64,000 nucleotides of DNA from Chiloscyllium plagiosum (taxonomy: Eukaryota). Below are positions 1 to 13,545 of this stretch, one piece after another. The DNA lies in NCBI RefSeq assembly GCF_004010195.1, contig NC_057758.1, positions 9,562,850-9,626,849 of the forward strand, read 5' to 3'. A program made the translations under genes and the position numbers. Under the pieces are notes generated by a model that worked only from the letters and a program-made list of their open reading frames with translations, was not told where the DNA came from and did not search any database. Within the stretch, counting starts at the first letter, position 1. Every line of letters begins with the position of its first letter.

Positions 1-248
1 GGACTCCCTCCCTCCTGCACCATCCCTGTTGCCACGCATTTAAGTGTTCTCTTTCCCTATTCCTCGAATCTCTATCACGTGGCACGGGTAACAAACCAGA
101 GCCAACAACTCTGTTCGTTCTAACTCTGAGCTTCCAACCTAGCTCCCTGAAAGCCTGTTCTACATCCTCGGCACTCCTCCTACCTATGTCATTGGTGCCA
201 ATATGGACCACGACTTCGGGCTGCTCCCCCTCCCCCTCCAGGACCCGG
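1..248 (-). mobile_element. CR1 LINE ORF1 fragment (SGNH/GDSL esterase-like)
   Basis: Reads EGEGEQPEVVVHIGTNDIG...SGLLPVPR...LNAWQQGWCRREG. Confidence 0.8.
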
Positions 249-809
249 GATGGGATATTTATGGGATGGGATAGTTATGGGATATTTGTTTCTCAAATAT
301 ATAGCCGTTTAAATGGAGTTTATCTGTATTACAATAATATCAAGCGTCTACCAAAACCTTATAAGCTTGATTGCTATAACATTTGATTTTGTCAGAATTG
401 TTAAAAACATCTATGAGACGTTGGTGCAGGTTGGATGGGCCATATTTGACACAGAAATGCGGTAGACAGCATAAATTTGTCAAGCCTAGCAAAATAAATT
501 AAAATATTCCCACTTTATGCAAATTGTGGGTGCTTCTGTGTTGTCTCTTTTGTTTATGAAACGAACATTCTGCTTTGTAAGTAGTCTTATCCATTTTCCA
601 AACCCTTTTAACAAAGACTTGTCCGTGCTTATCGAATTTTGGTCCTATACTATTACAAAGTTGTAACCTATATTTTGCAGTGCTTTTCCTTAATCACTTT
701 ACAAATGCATCCTCCACAGAGTTTTGCAGTAAACTGTCTTTCCAATTGTCTCGCCTGTCTGTAACTCATCTATAGGCTCCTGAATCCGTATACTATCTTA
801 GAATTATTG

Positions 810-1100
810 GATCAGATAATCCAAACAGGGTGGAAGCAGGCCGTTTGAACAAACAAGTCCACACGGACTCTCCAAAGAGTATTCCACACAGACTCATTCT
901 TCTCCATTAATACCGAGCATTTCGCCTGTCTAATGCACTTAACCTCCACATCCTTGATCACTATGGGCAATTTAGCGTGGCCAATTCACCTAAGCTGCAC
1001 ATCTTTGAACAGTGAGAGGAAACCGAAGCACCAGAGAAAACCCACATAGAAATCCACATAGAAAGTCGTCAGAAATCGAACTCGAGTCCCTGATGCCGTG
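810..1100 (-). mobile_element. HE1-type SINE, decayed
   Basis: Reverse complement of the V-SINE core (gggcaatttagcgtggccaattcacctaa..gcacatctttg). Confidence 0.75.
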
Positions 1101-1584
1101 AGACTTATTATTAATTTTTGGACTCCTGCAGAAATGGAACTTTGCTGTTATCAATTGGTTCATCAGATGTTCGATTTTCTCACTCCTGATCTAATTTGTA
1201 TTAATGATGTCACTCTCCAGTTTCTGCTGTTTTAGCATTCTAATATTTCTCAGCTTTATCAACAATCTGACCTTGTTGGCGGGTCTTTTTTTTAGGATTA
1301 CTGTGATCCATGCAAATGAATAAACCCTGCATTGGATAGCTGAAGTCGTTTACTCATAATGCCACCTTTAATAAATGCCATCTCTGTTGGTCCTGTTTTT
1401 ATTATTGGATCGTCCCCGTGTTCTGTTAATCAGGGACTGCGGTCAATGCATTATTGGTTCTAGCAGCAGCACAACCCCAACAGGAAGAACAAGCAACTGC
1501 TGCAGAATCAGCGTTGAAGAAATTAGATCCACCAGCAATGGATGCAAAGGGTTTGAGCATTCAATTTTACTCAGAGAATGATAA

Positions 1585-1790
1585 ATTGGATCAAGGCTGG
1601 CAACCGAGAGTTGAGGTGAACCATGACTAACCTCTCGATGTACTTCAAAATTATGGAGGTCTGAGCCACAATGGAAGTAGACACTGAGGCTCTCTGCATC
1701 AGTTTTCTTTGGCACTGGGATGGTGATGGTCTTCTTGAAGCGTGTGTCGGGGAGGGTGGGAGTGTTCTTCAGATTATAGTATCCTTGCCC
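1585..1790 (-). mobile_element. Rex1/Babar-type LINE RT fragment
   Basis: RFKKTITIPVPKK followed by frameshifted similarity to the DYRPVALT..MKCFERLVM..LDP segment. Confidence 0.6.
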
Positions 1791-2199
1791 TGGTCCAAAT
1801 GTCTTTGAAATTTTGCAATTGTGTTCGACTCTACCTCTTCCTCTGGCAGCTCGTTTCAGATATGTACCGCCCTTTTTATAAAAAAAAGTTAATCCCCAAG
1901 TCACTTTTAATTCTATCCTCTCATCTTATAACTATGCCTTCCAGTTTTGGACTCCACTACTCTCAGAAAAGACCTTAGCTTTTCACTTTACGAATACCCC
2001 TCATGACTTCACTAACATCTATAAGGTCACACATCAGCTTCGTACACTCGCAGGGAAAAACCTGCATCAGCCCATCTATCAATTCATTGTAACACAAACC
2101 TTATAGTCTCAGTAACATGCTTGAAATGTTTTTTTTTCAAAAAGGCAAGTAATGTTGGTGTCCGTGCTGACTTCATCTGAGGGAAGTGCACCCACCTTC

Positions 2200-4925
2200 A
2201 GCTCCTCGAAAACTACGTTATGGAAGTGGAGCTGGAGCTGAATAGACTCCGGATCATTCAGGGGCAGAGGGTGTTATTGAGAGCAGTTACAAGGAGGTAC
2301 TCACAAGTTAAGTGCAAAACAAAGGCACAGAAAAAAACAAACGGTTATGATCGGGGAAAGAAAGGGACACAGCAGGTAATGCAAGGAATAACAAGTACAT
2401 CATTTTGGACACTGTTGGAGGGACGATGTATCAGGTGTCAGACATGGAGTACAGGTCTATGGCACAGAGTCTGTCATTGTTGCTTAGAATGGAAGGAGGG
2501 AGATGAGCGGTGCATTAGTCATTGGGTACTCTATAGTTAGCGGGACAGATTGGAGGTTCTTTATATACCTAAGCCTTTCCATGTCTCATCCTAGTATCAG
2601 CCTTCTTCTCGCGGTTGGTATGTTGCCTCACGAGGGTTCGTGATGTCCCCGATCACGTCCTAGCAAGGTGAGGAATAGGGAGAGCGAAGAGTTGCAGACC
2701 TGACTGCAGGGATGGTGCCAGAAGGACTATTTCAGATACCTGCAAAATTGGGGGTCATTCTGGGTTAGATGGGAAATCTACAAACAAGACAGTCTGCGGG
2801 AGGCGGGCGGGGGGGGCGGGGGAATTTGTTAATGCTCTCTCTTCGGGAGGGTTGAAAATCATTCAGCAGGGGGACAGGAACCTAAATTGTAACTCCAGTG
2901 TCCAGGAGATTGAGAGTTGTGAGGTCGGAAATGTGGTTTCAAGGTCACAAGAGTTCTTCGGCAAGCATAAAAGTGGATTAAGCATGTGTACTTAAACGCC
3001 AGAATCATCTGGAATCAGGTGGGTGAATTTACAGCATGGCTTCGTACCTGGGACTTCGATGCAGAGGACAGGATAGCAAAGATAGTTCTGAATAGGAACG
3101 AGAGCAGTAGGATAGTTGTTACGGGGTCTTTAAACTTTCCAATAATTCACTGTTAATCTGATAGTTCGGGTACTTAGATGGGTCAGTTGTTGTCTGATTT
3201 GTGCAGGATCGTTCCTGACGCAGGCCAATAAGGGGCTAGGCCACATTAGATTTGACACTGGGCAACAACATGGCCACATATTAGATTTGGAGGTAGGTGA
3301 GCACTTTAGTAATAATGACCGCAGGTTGCTTATGCTTACTTTAGCGATGGAAAGGCTTAGGTATACAAAGCAGGGCAAGACGTATTGCTCGGGGAAAGGC
3401 CGATGTCATTACGTTAGACTTAGAACGCATAGGATGAGGCAGGAAATTGCAGGGGCTGGGCACAACTGAAACGCCGGGCTTATTCAAGAAATAGCGACAG
3501 TGTATCCTTCATGAGTATGTACCTGCCAGGCTGGGAGGAAGTGATTGAACGATGAAGCGGTGGTTTATTAAAGAAGTTGAACTCTTGTCAAGAGGAAGAA
3601 GAAGGCTGATACTAGGATGAGACATGAAGGTTTAGTTAGGGCACTTGAGAGTTGCAAGTTACAGGCAAGTCTGAAAAAGAGAGCTAAGAAGAACCAAAAG
3701 GGGACATGAGAACTCATTGGCAGAGAGGATTAAGGAAAACCGTAAAGCATTCTATGGGTATATCAAGATTAAAAGAATGACAAGACAAAGTTTTGGCCCA
3801 ATCAGATATTGTCGTGGGAAGTTGTGTGTGGAGTCCGAAGAGATAGGCGAAGTGCTAAGTGAAAAATTTTCGTTAGTATTCACATTGGATAAAGGTAATA
3901 TTATCGAGGAGGAATATTGAGATACAGGGTATTAGACGAGACGGGAATAAGGTTCATAACAAAGAGGTGTTAGCAATTCTGGAAAATGCGTAAATAGATC
4001 AGTCCACTGGGACGGAGGGGATTTCTCCTTTGATTCTCTGAGAAGCCGGGGAGGAGATTGCAGAGCCTTTAGTTTTGATCATTATGTCGTCGTTATTTAC
4101 AGCAATACTGCCAGAAGACTGAATGATAGCAAATATTGTCCCCTTTTTCAAGAAGGGAAATATCGACAATCCTGGCAATCATATACCGATGAGATTTACT
4201 TTGGTTGTGGGTCAAGTGCTGGAAAATGATGTAATAGTCAGGATTTATAATCATTTACATGGGAATAAGTTGATTAGGGATAGTCAACAAGGCTATTTAA
4301 ATGGATGTGGTGCCTCTGAAACCTTCTTAAGTTCCTTGAGTTGGTGACCAAGCAGGTGGATGAAGGTAAATCGGTTGATGTGATGTATATGGATTTCGGT
4401 AAGTTGTTGGATAAGGTTCCCCAGGTAGTCTATTGCAAAAAACAAGGAGGCATGAGGAAGATTTAGCGGTTTGGATCAGAAATTGACTAGCTGAAATAGA
4501 CAGAGGGTTTTGGTTGATGGGAAACGTTCGTCCTGGAATACAGTTACTAGTGGTGTACTGCCAGGATCTATTTTGAGGCCACTGATGTTTGCCATTTTCA
4601 TAAATGACCTAGAGGAGGAAGTAGAATTATGGGTGAGTAAATTGGCAGATGACACTATGGTCTGTGGATTTATGGACAGTGCAGAAGAATGCTGCAGGTT
4701 ATAATGGGAAATAGATGAGTTCAGACCTGGGCTCGGAGGTGGCAAATGGAGTTTAATGCGGAAAAGTATGAGGTGATTCACTTTGAAAGAAGTAACAGGA
4801 ATCAAGAATACTGGGCTAATGGTAATATTCTTGGTAGTTAGATGAGCAGAGAGATCTCGGTGTCCGTGGACATAGATCTGTGAAAGTTGTCAGTTGGGGT
4901 GATATGGTTGTTAAGAAGGCATTCG
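2200..4925 (+). mobile_element. CR1 LINE, long decayed copy (ORF1 remnant, EN, RT)
   Basis: ORF pieces RIKENRKAFYGYIK, IANIVPFFKKG and VTSGVLPGSILRPLMFAIFINDL..LADDT. Confidence 0.85.
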
Positions 4926-5749
4926 GAAACAGGTCGGTGTTGTGGATGGAGGGAAAAAAACCCGTAGGCACTCCAATGGCCCCAGTTCCCAAGGTTTGCG
5001 GAGTTGAATGTTTTGCTAGTCAGGGTTTGTTTTTGTGCAATCTCTCTTCTTCAGATTGAACACATTTCTTTGTTGGAGGAACAGGGCAACTGGTATTCAA
5101 GTTGCAAGTTTTCCAAGTTACAATTTAAAACCACAATCAAAGCCGCTGTTGTGGGGAAATAAATCTCGCTTTCATCACGGCTTTTGGTAAATTATTGGAG
5201 ACAACAAAACACTGTGCAGAGGTCTATGTCAACTACCAATACGCCCCCCTCTCCCACGATATCTTTTCAGCTGCACAGGAGCACGTCAGATAATCGCCTG
5301 TGTCTCGTCAACACTCATTTTCTATAGTGGCCCTGGTGCTGGTGAATCTATAAACAGCCTTGCAGTTGGAGCGCCCTGTAGCCGTCATGATTCAACATTG
5401 AGTTCAATTATTGCGCAGCACGAACACCTGTTTAATTTTGAATTAGCAAAAAATGTATCTCTCTTCGATTTTAAATTAACAACCAATTCAACATCCAGTG
5501 CCGTTTGTGGAAGGCAATTTGAAATATCTACCACCCTTTGTGTGCAGAAGTAAGTGTTAACATCAATTCTGAACACTGCAGCCATATTTTTCAAGCAGTG
5601 CCTGCTAATTCTTGAATAAAATGATTAATATTCATCTGTCTATCTTTTTCAATGAATGCCTGAGAGATACCCTTCAGATCACATCATTGTCTTCAAAATT
5701 ATTGAGACAAGTGGCCTCGTTGTATAATCTCTCCTCAGAACTTTTAAAA

Positions 5750-8011
5750 TAGTTCTGGACAGAGAGAAAACTTGTCCAAAAGTTCCAGTTCTAAATTGGA
5801 GAAAGGCAAAATTTGATGGAAATAGATCAGAGATTGGATAGTTTGATTGGACTGGTTTGTTTTCAGGCAAAGGGGCATCCGGCAAGAGAGGAGTCTTTAA
5901 ACGTGAGAGAGATAGAGGTCAAGATCGAAATGATCATGTGGGTGTGAAAAGCAAAAATGACAGGAACAGGGAGCCCAGATTGGTAAAATAAAATACTGAA
6001 GCTTTGACCAGAAAAGGAGAAGGGAGAGCTCAGTTTCAGGCGGCTGGAATCAAGGGAATCGCTTGAACTATTCTGGGGATGCAATAATTTGCTGGAGAAG
6101 CAAATCAGAAGGGAGGAAGGGGTCACGGGATAGCTTTGACTGAAAAGATTAGGGTGAATCGAAATAGAATCTTCAAGTATATTAAGGAGAAATAATAACT
6201 CGAGAGAGAATAAGACCGCTCAAGGACAAAAGTGGACACAAATGTGTAGAACCGCAGGAGATGAAGGAGGTCTTCAACGGATAGCTGTCCTCTGTGTTTA
6301 CCATGGAGTAAGACAACATAGAACATAGAACATAGAAGAATACAGCGCAGTACAGGCCCTTCGGCCCTCGATGTTGCGCCGATCCAAGCCCACCTAACCT
6401 ACACTAGCCCACTATCCTCCATATGCCTATCCAATGCCCGCTTAAATACCCATAATGAGGGAGAGTCCACCACTGCTACTGGCAGGGCATTCCATGAACT
6501 CACGACTCGCTGAGTAAAGAACCTACCCCTAACATCTGTCCTATACCTACCCCCCCTTAATTTAAAGCAATGCCCCCTTGTAATAGCTGACTCCATACGT
6601 GGAAAAAGATTCTCACTGTCGACCCTATCTAAACCCCTAATCATCTTGTACACCTCTATCAAGTCACCCCTAAACCTTCTTTTCTCCAATGAAAACAGCC
6701 CCAAGTGCCTCAGCCTTTCCTCATACGATCTTCAAAGACACTTGAGAACTTGGGGAAGTTAGTGGCCATACATTGGAGTCAGTCCATATGACTGTGGAGG
6801 AGAAGTTAGATCTATTTGAATGTCCAAAAGTGTATGAATGTCCTCGTCCCACAAGAACACTGCAAGAGGCCGTGGAAGAAATTGTGTTCACCCTGGTTGA
6901 AAGTTCTGCATCATCATTATCCACGCGTGAGGCCCGTGAAAACTGAGGTGTGGAGAATGTCGTGCAATTAGTCGAGAAGGAAAACCCAAGGACTCTACAC
7001 CAATAAGGTCAACATCTGTGTTAAGTCGGTTACTTGAGAAGATTCTAAGATATAAGACCTAACTGCATTTGGAAAAAATGGTTTTGTGTGTGGGAGACCA
7101 TGACTCACAACTTTGTTAGAATTCTTTGATGAAGTGAACAGGGAGGTTGACGAGGGCAGGGCGACAGACGTCATCTGGATGGATTTCACTGAGCCCTTGA
7201 TAAGGTTCCAGATGGGAGGCTGCTCTGGAAGGTGAGATCACATGGAATCCACAGGGATCTGGCAAACTAGGTACACATTAGCTTAATGGTAGGAAGAAGA
7301 AATTAATAGTGGAAGGATGCTTGTTGGACTGAAGGCCTATGACTAGGGTCATTGCTCGTTGTAATTTATATCAATGATTTGAGTGAGAATGTACAAGGCA
7401 TGATTAGCAGGTTTGTAGATGACACAAAAATAGAAGATATCCAGCACATTAACAAGGTTATCAGAAATTGCAGCAGAAACCCAGTCATCTGGGGAAGTGG
7501 GCCGAGGAACAGCAAATGGTGTTTAATCTAGATAAGTGTGAGGTCTTGCACTTTTGAAAGTCAAACCAAGGTAGGACATTCATGGTGAATTGTAGGGCCT
7601 TAAGGAGTGAAGTGGAACAGAGGAACCTTGGAGATCAGGTGCACAGTCCTCTGCACATGGAGCCACAGGTAGTCAGGGAAGTGAAGAAGGCTTTTGGCAC
7701 ATTGATCAGTTAAGGCATTGGATATCGAAGTTGCGAAGCCTTATTGCACTTGTGCAGGACTTTAGTGAGTCCACACTTGGTGTATTATGTTCAGTGTTGG
7801 TCAACATTTTCAGGAAGGATGTTATTAAACTGGAAATAGTGCAGAAGAATTCTGCAAGGATGTTTCCAGGACTCAATGGACTGAGTTGTAGGCAAAGTTT
7901 CGACAAGCTTGGACTCCTTTCGTTAGAGCTTCAGAGACTGAGAGGGGAAATCATAGAAGTTTCTCCAGTGATGAGAAGTATGGAGTAACTCAGTCTTTTT
8001 TCCCAGGATTG
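5750..8011 (+). mobile_element. CR1 LINE, decayed; interrupted at 6316-6733 and resuming at about 9945-10110
   Basis: Degenerate ORF2 similarity, e.g. ctaaattggagaaaggcaaaatttgatgg and RKDVIKLEIVQK..RMFPGL. Confidence 0.75.
6316..6733 (-). mobile_element. Young 5'-truncated CR1 3' end
   Basis: Open GLFSLEKRR.RGDLIEVYKM..FFTQRVV ORF, a (TTCTATG)n tail and aagaca direct repeats at the flanks. Confidence 0.9.
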
Positions 8012-8384
8012 AAGTGAAGGGTTTTTTTTTTCTGTTGAGATGGCAGTTGCACCGCCCTGTGCCCCTTCATTACTGCTCATAAGCGAGTGAATGTAGTTGT
8101 TTGTTTGACCAGCTAAGTGTGTTTTTCAAAGCACTGTGGAATCCCAGCAGACCCTGCTTGCTATAGTTTCAGTTTGCAAATTCTTCCCTCCCCCTGCCAC
8201 GTTTCCCTCCTTCAGCAGTGAACTGCTGCAGAACCCTGCCCGGTGATTGTCTGAGTTTGGTTTCTTACTGCGTTCCCTGTTCAGCGATTCCCCCTCAATT
8301 GCTGCCTCGCAGTCATGTGCTTTCTGTTCTTCGTTCAAGCTACAACATCTTTTGGAGAGATTTTAAAATTTTAAGCAAAAGGAA

Positions 8385-8530
8385 CAGCAAACAATGCTTA
8401 TGCAGTATATTAAAGCCAGTGTAGTACTTTTGAGATGTAATCACTATTGTAATGGAGGAAAGCCAACATGTGCACAGCAAGCTCACAGAAAGAGTGATGT
8501 GGCAGCGACCAGTTTTTTTTTGGTAATTCA
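8385..8530 (-). mobile_element. Deu-domain SINE fragment (AmnSINE1/SacSINE1-like)
   Basis: gtacttttgagatgtaatcactattgtaatg..gcacagcaagctc resembles the reverse complement of the Deu domain as recalled. Confidence 0.55.
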
Positions 8531-8549
8531 GTCTAATGTTGGATTCTCT

Positions 8550-8880
8550 CCCAGCTGTAAGATGCTCTGCAGAAATTCACTGGAGATCCTTGGACAGCAC
8601 CTTCCAACTCTCCAAAGAGTGAGAGAGTTTTGGGCCACCACTCCCTGCAAGTTCTCCTCAAAGCCACTTACTATCCTGATTTGGAGTTATTTCGCCGTTC
8701 CTTCATTGTTGCTGGGTCAAAATCCTGTGTCTCTCTTCTTAACAACACCGTAGATGTCCATACACCACAGTGACTGCAGTGGTATCAGAGGGCTGCTTAC
8801 CACCACCTACTTCAATTAGCGATAGGGAATAAATGCTGATCTAGCCAATGACACCCTCATTCTCTGAATAAATTTTACAA
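8550..8880 (+). mobile_element. Old LINE 3' end (L2-clade-like)
   Basis: accactccctgcaagttc..actatcctgatttgga..gctgggtcaaaatcctg..aataaatgctg; related pieces at about 14000-14630, 44790-45330 and 52860-53170. Confidence 0.55.
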
Positions 8881-8974
8881 ACATGCCCAATTACAATGTA
8901 TGAGGTTAAAGCATAAGAGAGAGGAACAGAGGCTGGCCATTTGTCCCCGTGAGCCAGCTTAACCATTCAATTGT

Positions 8975-9944
8975 CATTTATATAAATGATTTGGATGTGA
9001 GCATAAGAGGTACAGTTAGTAAGATTGCAGATGACAGCAAAATTGGAGGTGTAGTGGACAGCGAAGAGGGTTACCTCAGATTACAACAGGATCTGGACCA
9101 GATGGACCAATGAGCTGAGAGGTGGTAGATGGAGTTTAATTCAGATAAATGTGAGGTGCTGCATTTTGGAAAAGCAGGACTTATACACTTAATGGTAAGG
9201 TCCTAGGGAGTGTTGCTGAACAAAGAGACCTTGGAGTGCAGGTTCATAGCTCCTTGAAAGTGGAGTCGCAGGTAGATAGGATAGTGAAGAAGGCGTTTGG
9301 TTTGCTTTCCTTTATTGGTCAGAGTATTGAGTACAGGAGTAGGGAGGTCATGTTGAGGCTGTACAGGACATTGGTGAGGCCACTGTTGGAATATTGCGTG
9401 CAATTCTGTTCTCTGCCCTATTGGAAAGATGTTGTGAAACTTGAAAGGGTTCAGAAAAGATTTACAAGGATGTTGCCAGTGGTGGAGGATCTGAGGTACA
9501 GGGAGAGGCTGAACAGGCTGGGGCTGTTTTCCCTGGAGCGTCGGAGGCTGAGGGGTGACCTTATAGGGGTTTACAAAATTATGAGGGGCATGGATAGGAT
9601 AAATAGGCAAAGTCTTTTCCCTGGGGTCGGGGAGTCCAGAACAAGAGGGCATAGGTTTAGGGGTGAGAGGGGAAAGATATAAAAGAGACCTAAGGGGCAA
9701 CTTTTTCATGCAGAGGGTGGTACGTGTATGGAATGAGCTGCCAGAGGAAGTGGAGGAGGCTGGTAAAATTGCAACATTTAAGAGATATTTGGATGGGGGA
9801 ATATGAATAGGAAGGCTTTCGAGGGATATGGGCCGAGTGCTGGCAGTTGGGATTAGATTGGGTTTGGATGTCAGGTCGGCATGGACAGGTTGGACAGTAG
9901 GGTCTGTTTCCATGCTATACATCTCTATGAATCTGTGACTCTAT
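8975..9944 (+). mobile_element. Young CR1 (HER1-like) 3' portion
   Basis: YINDLD..IADD RT segment, ORF 9236..9682 and a (ct)ctatga tail. Confidence 0.9.
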
Positions 9945-10117
9945 GATTGGGGAATCGAGGAATAGAGGACATCAGTTTAAGATTAGTGGGAAATAATAAG
10001 AGGGAACCTGAGGGGCATTTTTTTTAATTCTTGCTCAGGGGTTAGTAAACATATTGAATGATTTGCCAGAGAACGTGGTTTAGGCGAGTACATTAAAAAC
10101 ATTTAAAAGTCATTCGT

Positions 10118-10260
<143 letters not shown>

Positions 10261-11197
10261 TGGATAGAAAAGGTTAAAAGGAGAGACTTTCGAAAGATGT
10301 AATCAGTCATGAACCTTCCAAAAGTCATTCTAACAATAAAACACCAACTCATTAATAAATCTCCCCAAACACACATACAGACATGGTTAAAAGTAGCGAT
10401 GTTACGGGGGAGGGAAGGATCGAAAAATTATTAACTGATTCCTCTCCACAAATATTACTGGCAAGGTCATCTTGTTCCTTATTGTATTGTTTCTTGATCT
10501 TCATTTTCCCCGTTCTGACACAGAGTGCGAAGTTCACAACTGGAAAGGCCTTCCTCATTAAAATCCTTGTAGCAAATGATAAGGGGAAATGAAGTGTCTT
10601 TCTTCATGTTTTATACATTCATCAACTGCAGAAAAGTTTGGAACTTGCAGACATGTAATGCCTTCGGCCCAACAGCCCTTGGCCCAAGCTATGTATTGAC
10701 TTAAGAGCCAAACATATCATTGTTGGCAGGCAATCACATACCGAGACCAATAATTTCACAGATATTACAGAGAAAGTGCTGTGGTGATAAACAGTGAGGA
10801 GGATAATCTTAGCTTGCAGGAAGATGCATATTGAATGATCATTGGCTAAATGCATTCAACCTGGAGATATAACAGGTAGTGTGCTTTGTCAGGAGAGACA
10901 AGAATTCTGAATGTGTGGTGAACAATCAAACTCTGACAGGCATGGAGGAACAGAGGAACCTTAGTGCGTGTGTCCGCCATGGAATCCCGACAGTGTGGAA
11001 ACAGGCCATTCGGCCGAACAAGCCCATACCAACACTACTAAGAGCATCCCACCCAGACCCACCCCTTATCTCTGTAATCCTTCATTTACCTGGTGACTAC
11101 ACCAAAACTACACATCCTTGAAAACTATGGGGAATCCATCATAATCTGCACATCTTTGACGGGATAGAATCAGAACCACCAGGCAGAAACCCATCGT

Positions 11198-11516
11198 GGG
11201 CGGCACGGTGGCACAGTGGTTAGCACTGCTGCCTCACAGCGCCAGAGACCCGGGTTCAATTCCCGACTCAGGCGACTGACTGTGTGGAGTTTGCACATTC
11301 TCCCGGTGTCTGTGTGGGTTTCCTCCGGGTGCTCCGGTTTCCTCCCACAGTCCAAAGATGTGCAGGTCAGGTGAATTGGCCATGCTAAATTGCCCATAGT
11401 GTTAGGTAAAGGGGTAAATGTAGGGGTCTGGGTGGGTTGCGCTTCGGCGGGTCGGTGTGGACTTGTTGGGCCGAAGGGCCTGTTTCCACACTGTAAATAA
11501 TCTAATCTAATCTAAT
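11198..11516 (+). mobile_element. Young full-length HE1-type tRNA-derived V-SINE
   Basis: A-box (tggcacagtgg), B-box (ggttcaattccc), V-domain and (aatct)n tail. It is nested in an older antisense HE1 (10978-11197 plus 11517-11630). Confidence 0.92.
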
Positions 11517-12516
11517 ATAATCGACGATAGCGTGCAAGCTCCAGTCAGACAGCCGCCTGAGGTTGGAATCAAGCCCAGGTCCCTGAGGATGCATGGCAAC
11601 AGTGCTAACCACTGAGCCATCATGCCACCAGTCCTACAGTACGTCAGGATTCGTGGATAAAATGGTTACGAAGGCATAGAGTTTCAGAGCAGGGTTTGGG
11701 TCCTGGAACTGTTTTCAGAGCCGGTTAGGCCACAACTAGAGTGCAATATATGCACTGGAATTCACATCACACAGTGGCGTCATTCCACTACCAAGGGTGA
11801 AGTAATGATTTGGAGGGTGAAGTGTAGATTTATCAGGAAAGGTTTAGTTATGCAGAGAGATTACACAGACTGAGCATGCTTGCATGACAGTAGAGGAGAC
11901 AGAAAAAGGGATGTGATTGAGATTAAAAAGTTATCAGTGGCATTGATAGAGTGGACAGGAAGAAATGTTACTTGCTGACGGAGGGAACAATGAACAGGTG
12001 GCATGGATTTAAGGTCCGGGTCAAGAGGTTTCAGGACCTGAAGCAATTTTGCTTCTCACTTCAATTTTGTTTTTCACTTGGAACTCACAACCTGAAATGT
12101 TGCTCAAAGTAGAACCCTTCATAGCATGAAAGAAGCATTTAGATGAGTACTTGTGCTGCCAACGCAGGCACAGTCAAGTGCCGCGTGCTGGAAAATTAGA
12201 TTCAAAAAGTTCATTTGATGGATTACTGGTGCTGAAAGGATGGGCTTACACATCCATTTCAAAAAGGAAATACTCTTATTGTGAGCCTTTGTGGCTGGCA
12301 GAAGAGGGAAACCTTGAAAAACAAAACATCTATTTCACACGTGGCTGTCATCAATGTACATCACTGGGTTAATCTTGGATTGTTCTCTCATTGGGGTGAA
12401 TTAACAAGTTTTGGCATCGCGATGATATACATTCCAGAATTGCTGAGCTACAGTTTCACACTGTTACGTGTGGATTTACTGAACTGTTGGAGTCACATCA
12501 AGGTATTCAGCTGGAC

Positions 12517-13427
12517 TCACTGTTTATGACATTTTGTAATAAGCTTGGAGACATGCTTAAGAGCTTCTTTCAACTGACCTCTGAATTTTGTCTGTGTCAC
12601 TGCATAAATGCACGTATTCGTGTATGAACTTAAAAGTTGTAACATGTACGCACTTTCCTGCAGAATAAATTTTGGGTCATTGGGATTGGAACTGATCGAA
12701 TAGGTATTGCCTGAAATTTGTACAAGTAGAAAATGTACAACGTACGTTGTCCACAACAAGAGGAAACTGCCCGAGATTGTAAAGAGTAAAATGATGGACT
12801 TTCTCCTGCTCTCCATTTCTGTGTCGCCTTTATTAATTTCATTGCTGTGGGATCTGAGTCTCCTTCGGGCTCGATTAGCAACTATAATGTGTTTGACAGT
12901 CAGTCCATTAAACAGCAAAATAAGGAGGAACGGGAGACATGGGGTTTGAATGCTGTCAAAAGTGTCAAACAATCTCCAGGCAACCGATGTGTGATAGGTC
13001 TCTTTTATGTTGCAGTACCAGCCGACGTTATTAATGAAATATAAGGTCTCATAAACGAAGTAAAATGGAATGTTTGTCAAACAGCATAGCACACAGACTA
13101 TTATGATAACTACAGCTGCTACTTTTTCTGTGTAGAACTTATTTTTGTGCTTTTGGTGACAAATGGTTAGGAACCGATCAAAGGTAAAAGCGACAGTCAA
13201 CCAGACAGAGCTGTTTCGAGAAACGTAGGTAAGTAGAATTATCAGGCGACATCCCTGTGTGGTGTTTAGTAAACTAGCTGGAAAACAAATTGCCAGAAGT
13301 CGACTTAAAATCACTGCAATGGAAATAACAAGGAGATCCATTGTCGCCATAGATACAAGGTATCGAATGACACATCCTGAGAGACCACATCTTCCTCGGG
13401 AAAGTATCACTATGGTCACCAGGTTGG
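12517..13427 (-). CDS. Probable G-protein coupled receptor 139-like (GPR139/GPR142 family), coding exon 2 of intact copy 1
   Basis: The 911-nt exon follows a ttacAG acceptor and a long CT tract. It reads (A)NLVTIVILSRGRCGL...DLLV...SVWLTVAFTFDRFLTICH...TPCLPF...RRKSIILLF...NTCIYAVTQTKFR. It has a 7TM pattern, a DRF motif and the TM3/ECL2 cysteines. Spliced to exon 1 it gives 326 aa. Confidence 0.9.
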
Positions 13428-13434
13428 CTGTAAG

Positions 13435-13545
13435 AGACAGAGTGCGAGAGTAAGTGAGTGAGTGTTAGAGTGAGAGAGAGAGAGAGACAGTCAGGCAGAC
13501 ATTCTGAGACATAGAGAGACACAGAAAAATAGACAGATAGAGAAA
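13435..13545 (-). repeat. CT-rich low-complexity polypyrimidine tract at the intron acceptor
   Basis: GA/GACA-rich run on the plus strand next to the splice acceptor; a counterpart lies at 43994-44085. Confidence 0.75.

Noticed and set aside
9203..9922. 239-aa minus-strand ORF
   Set aside because: It is the antisense shadow of CR1 ORF2 and its 3' end; there is no independent evidence of coding.
11198..11270. tRNA-like A/B boxes
   Set aside because: This is the head of an HE1 SINE, not a tRNA gene.
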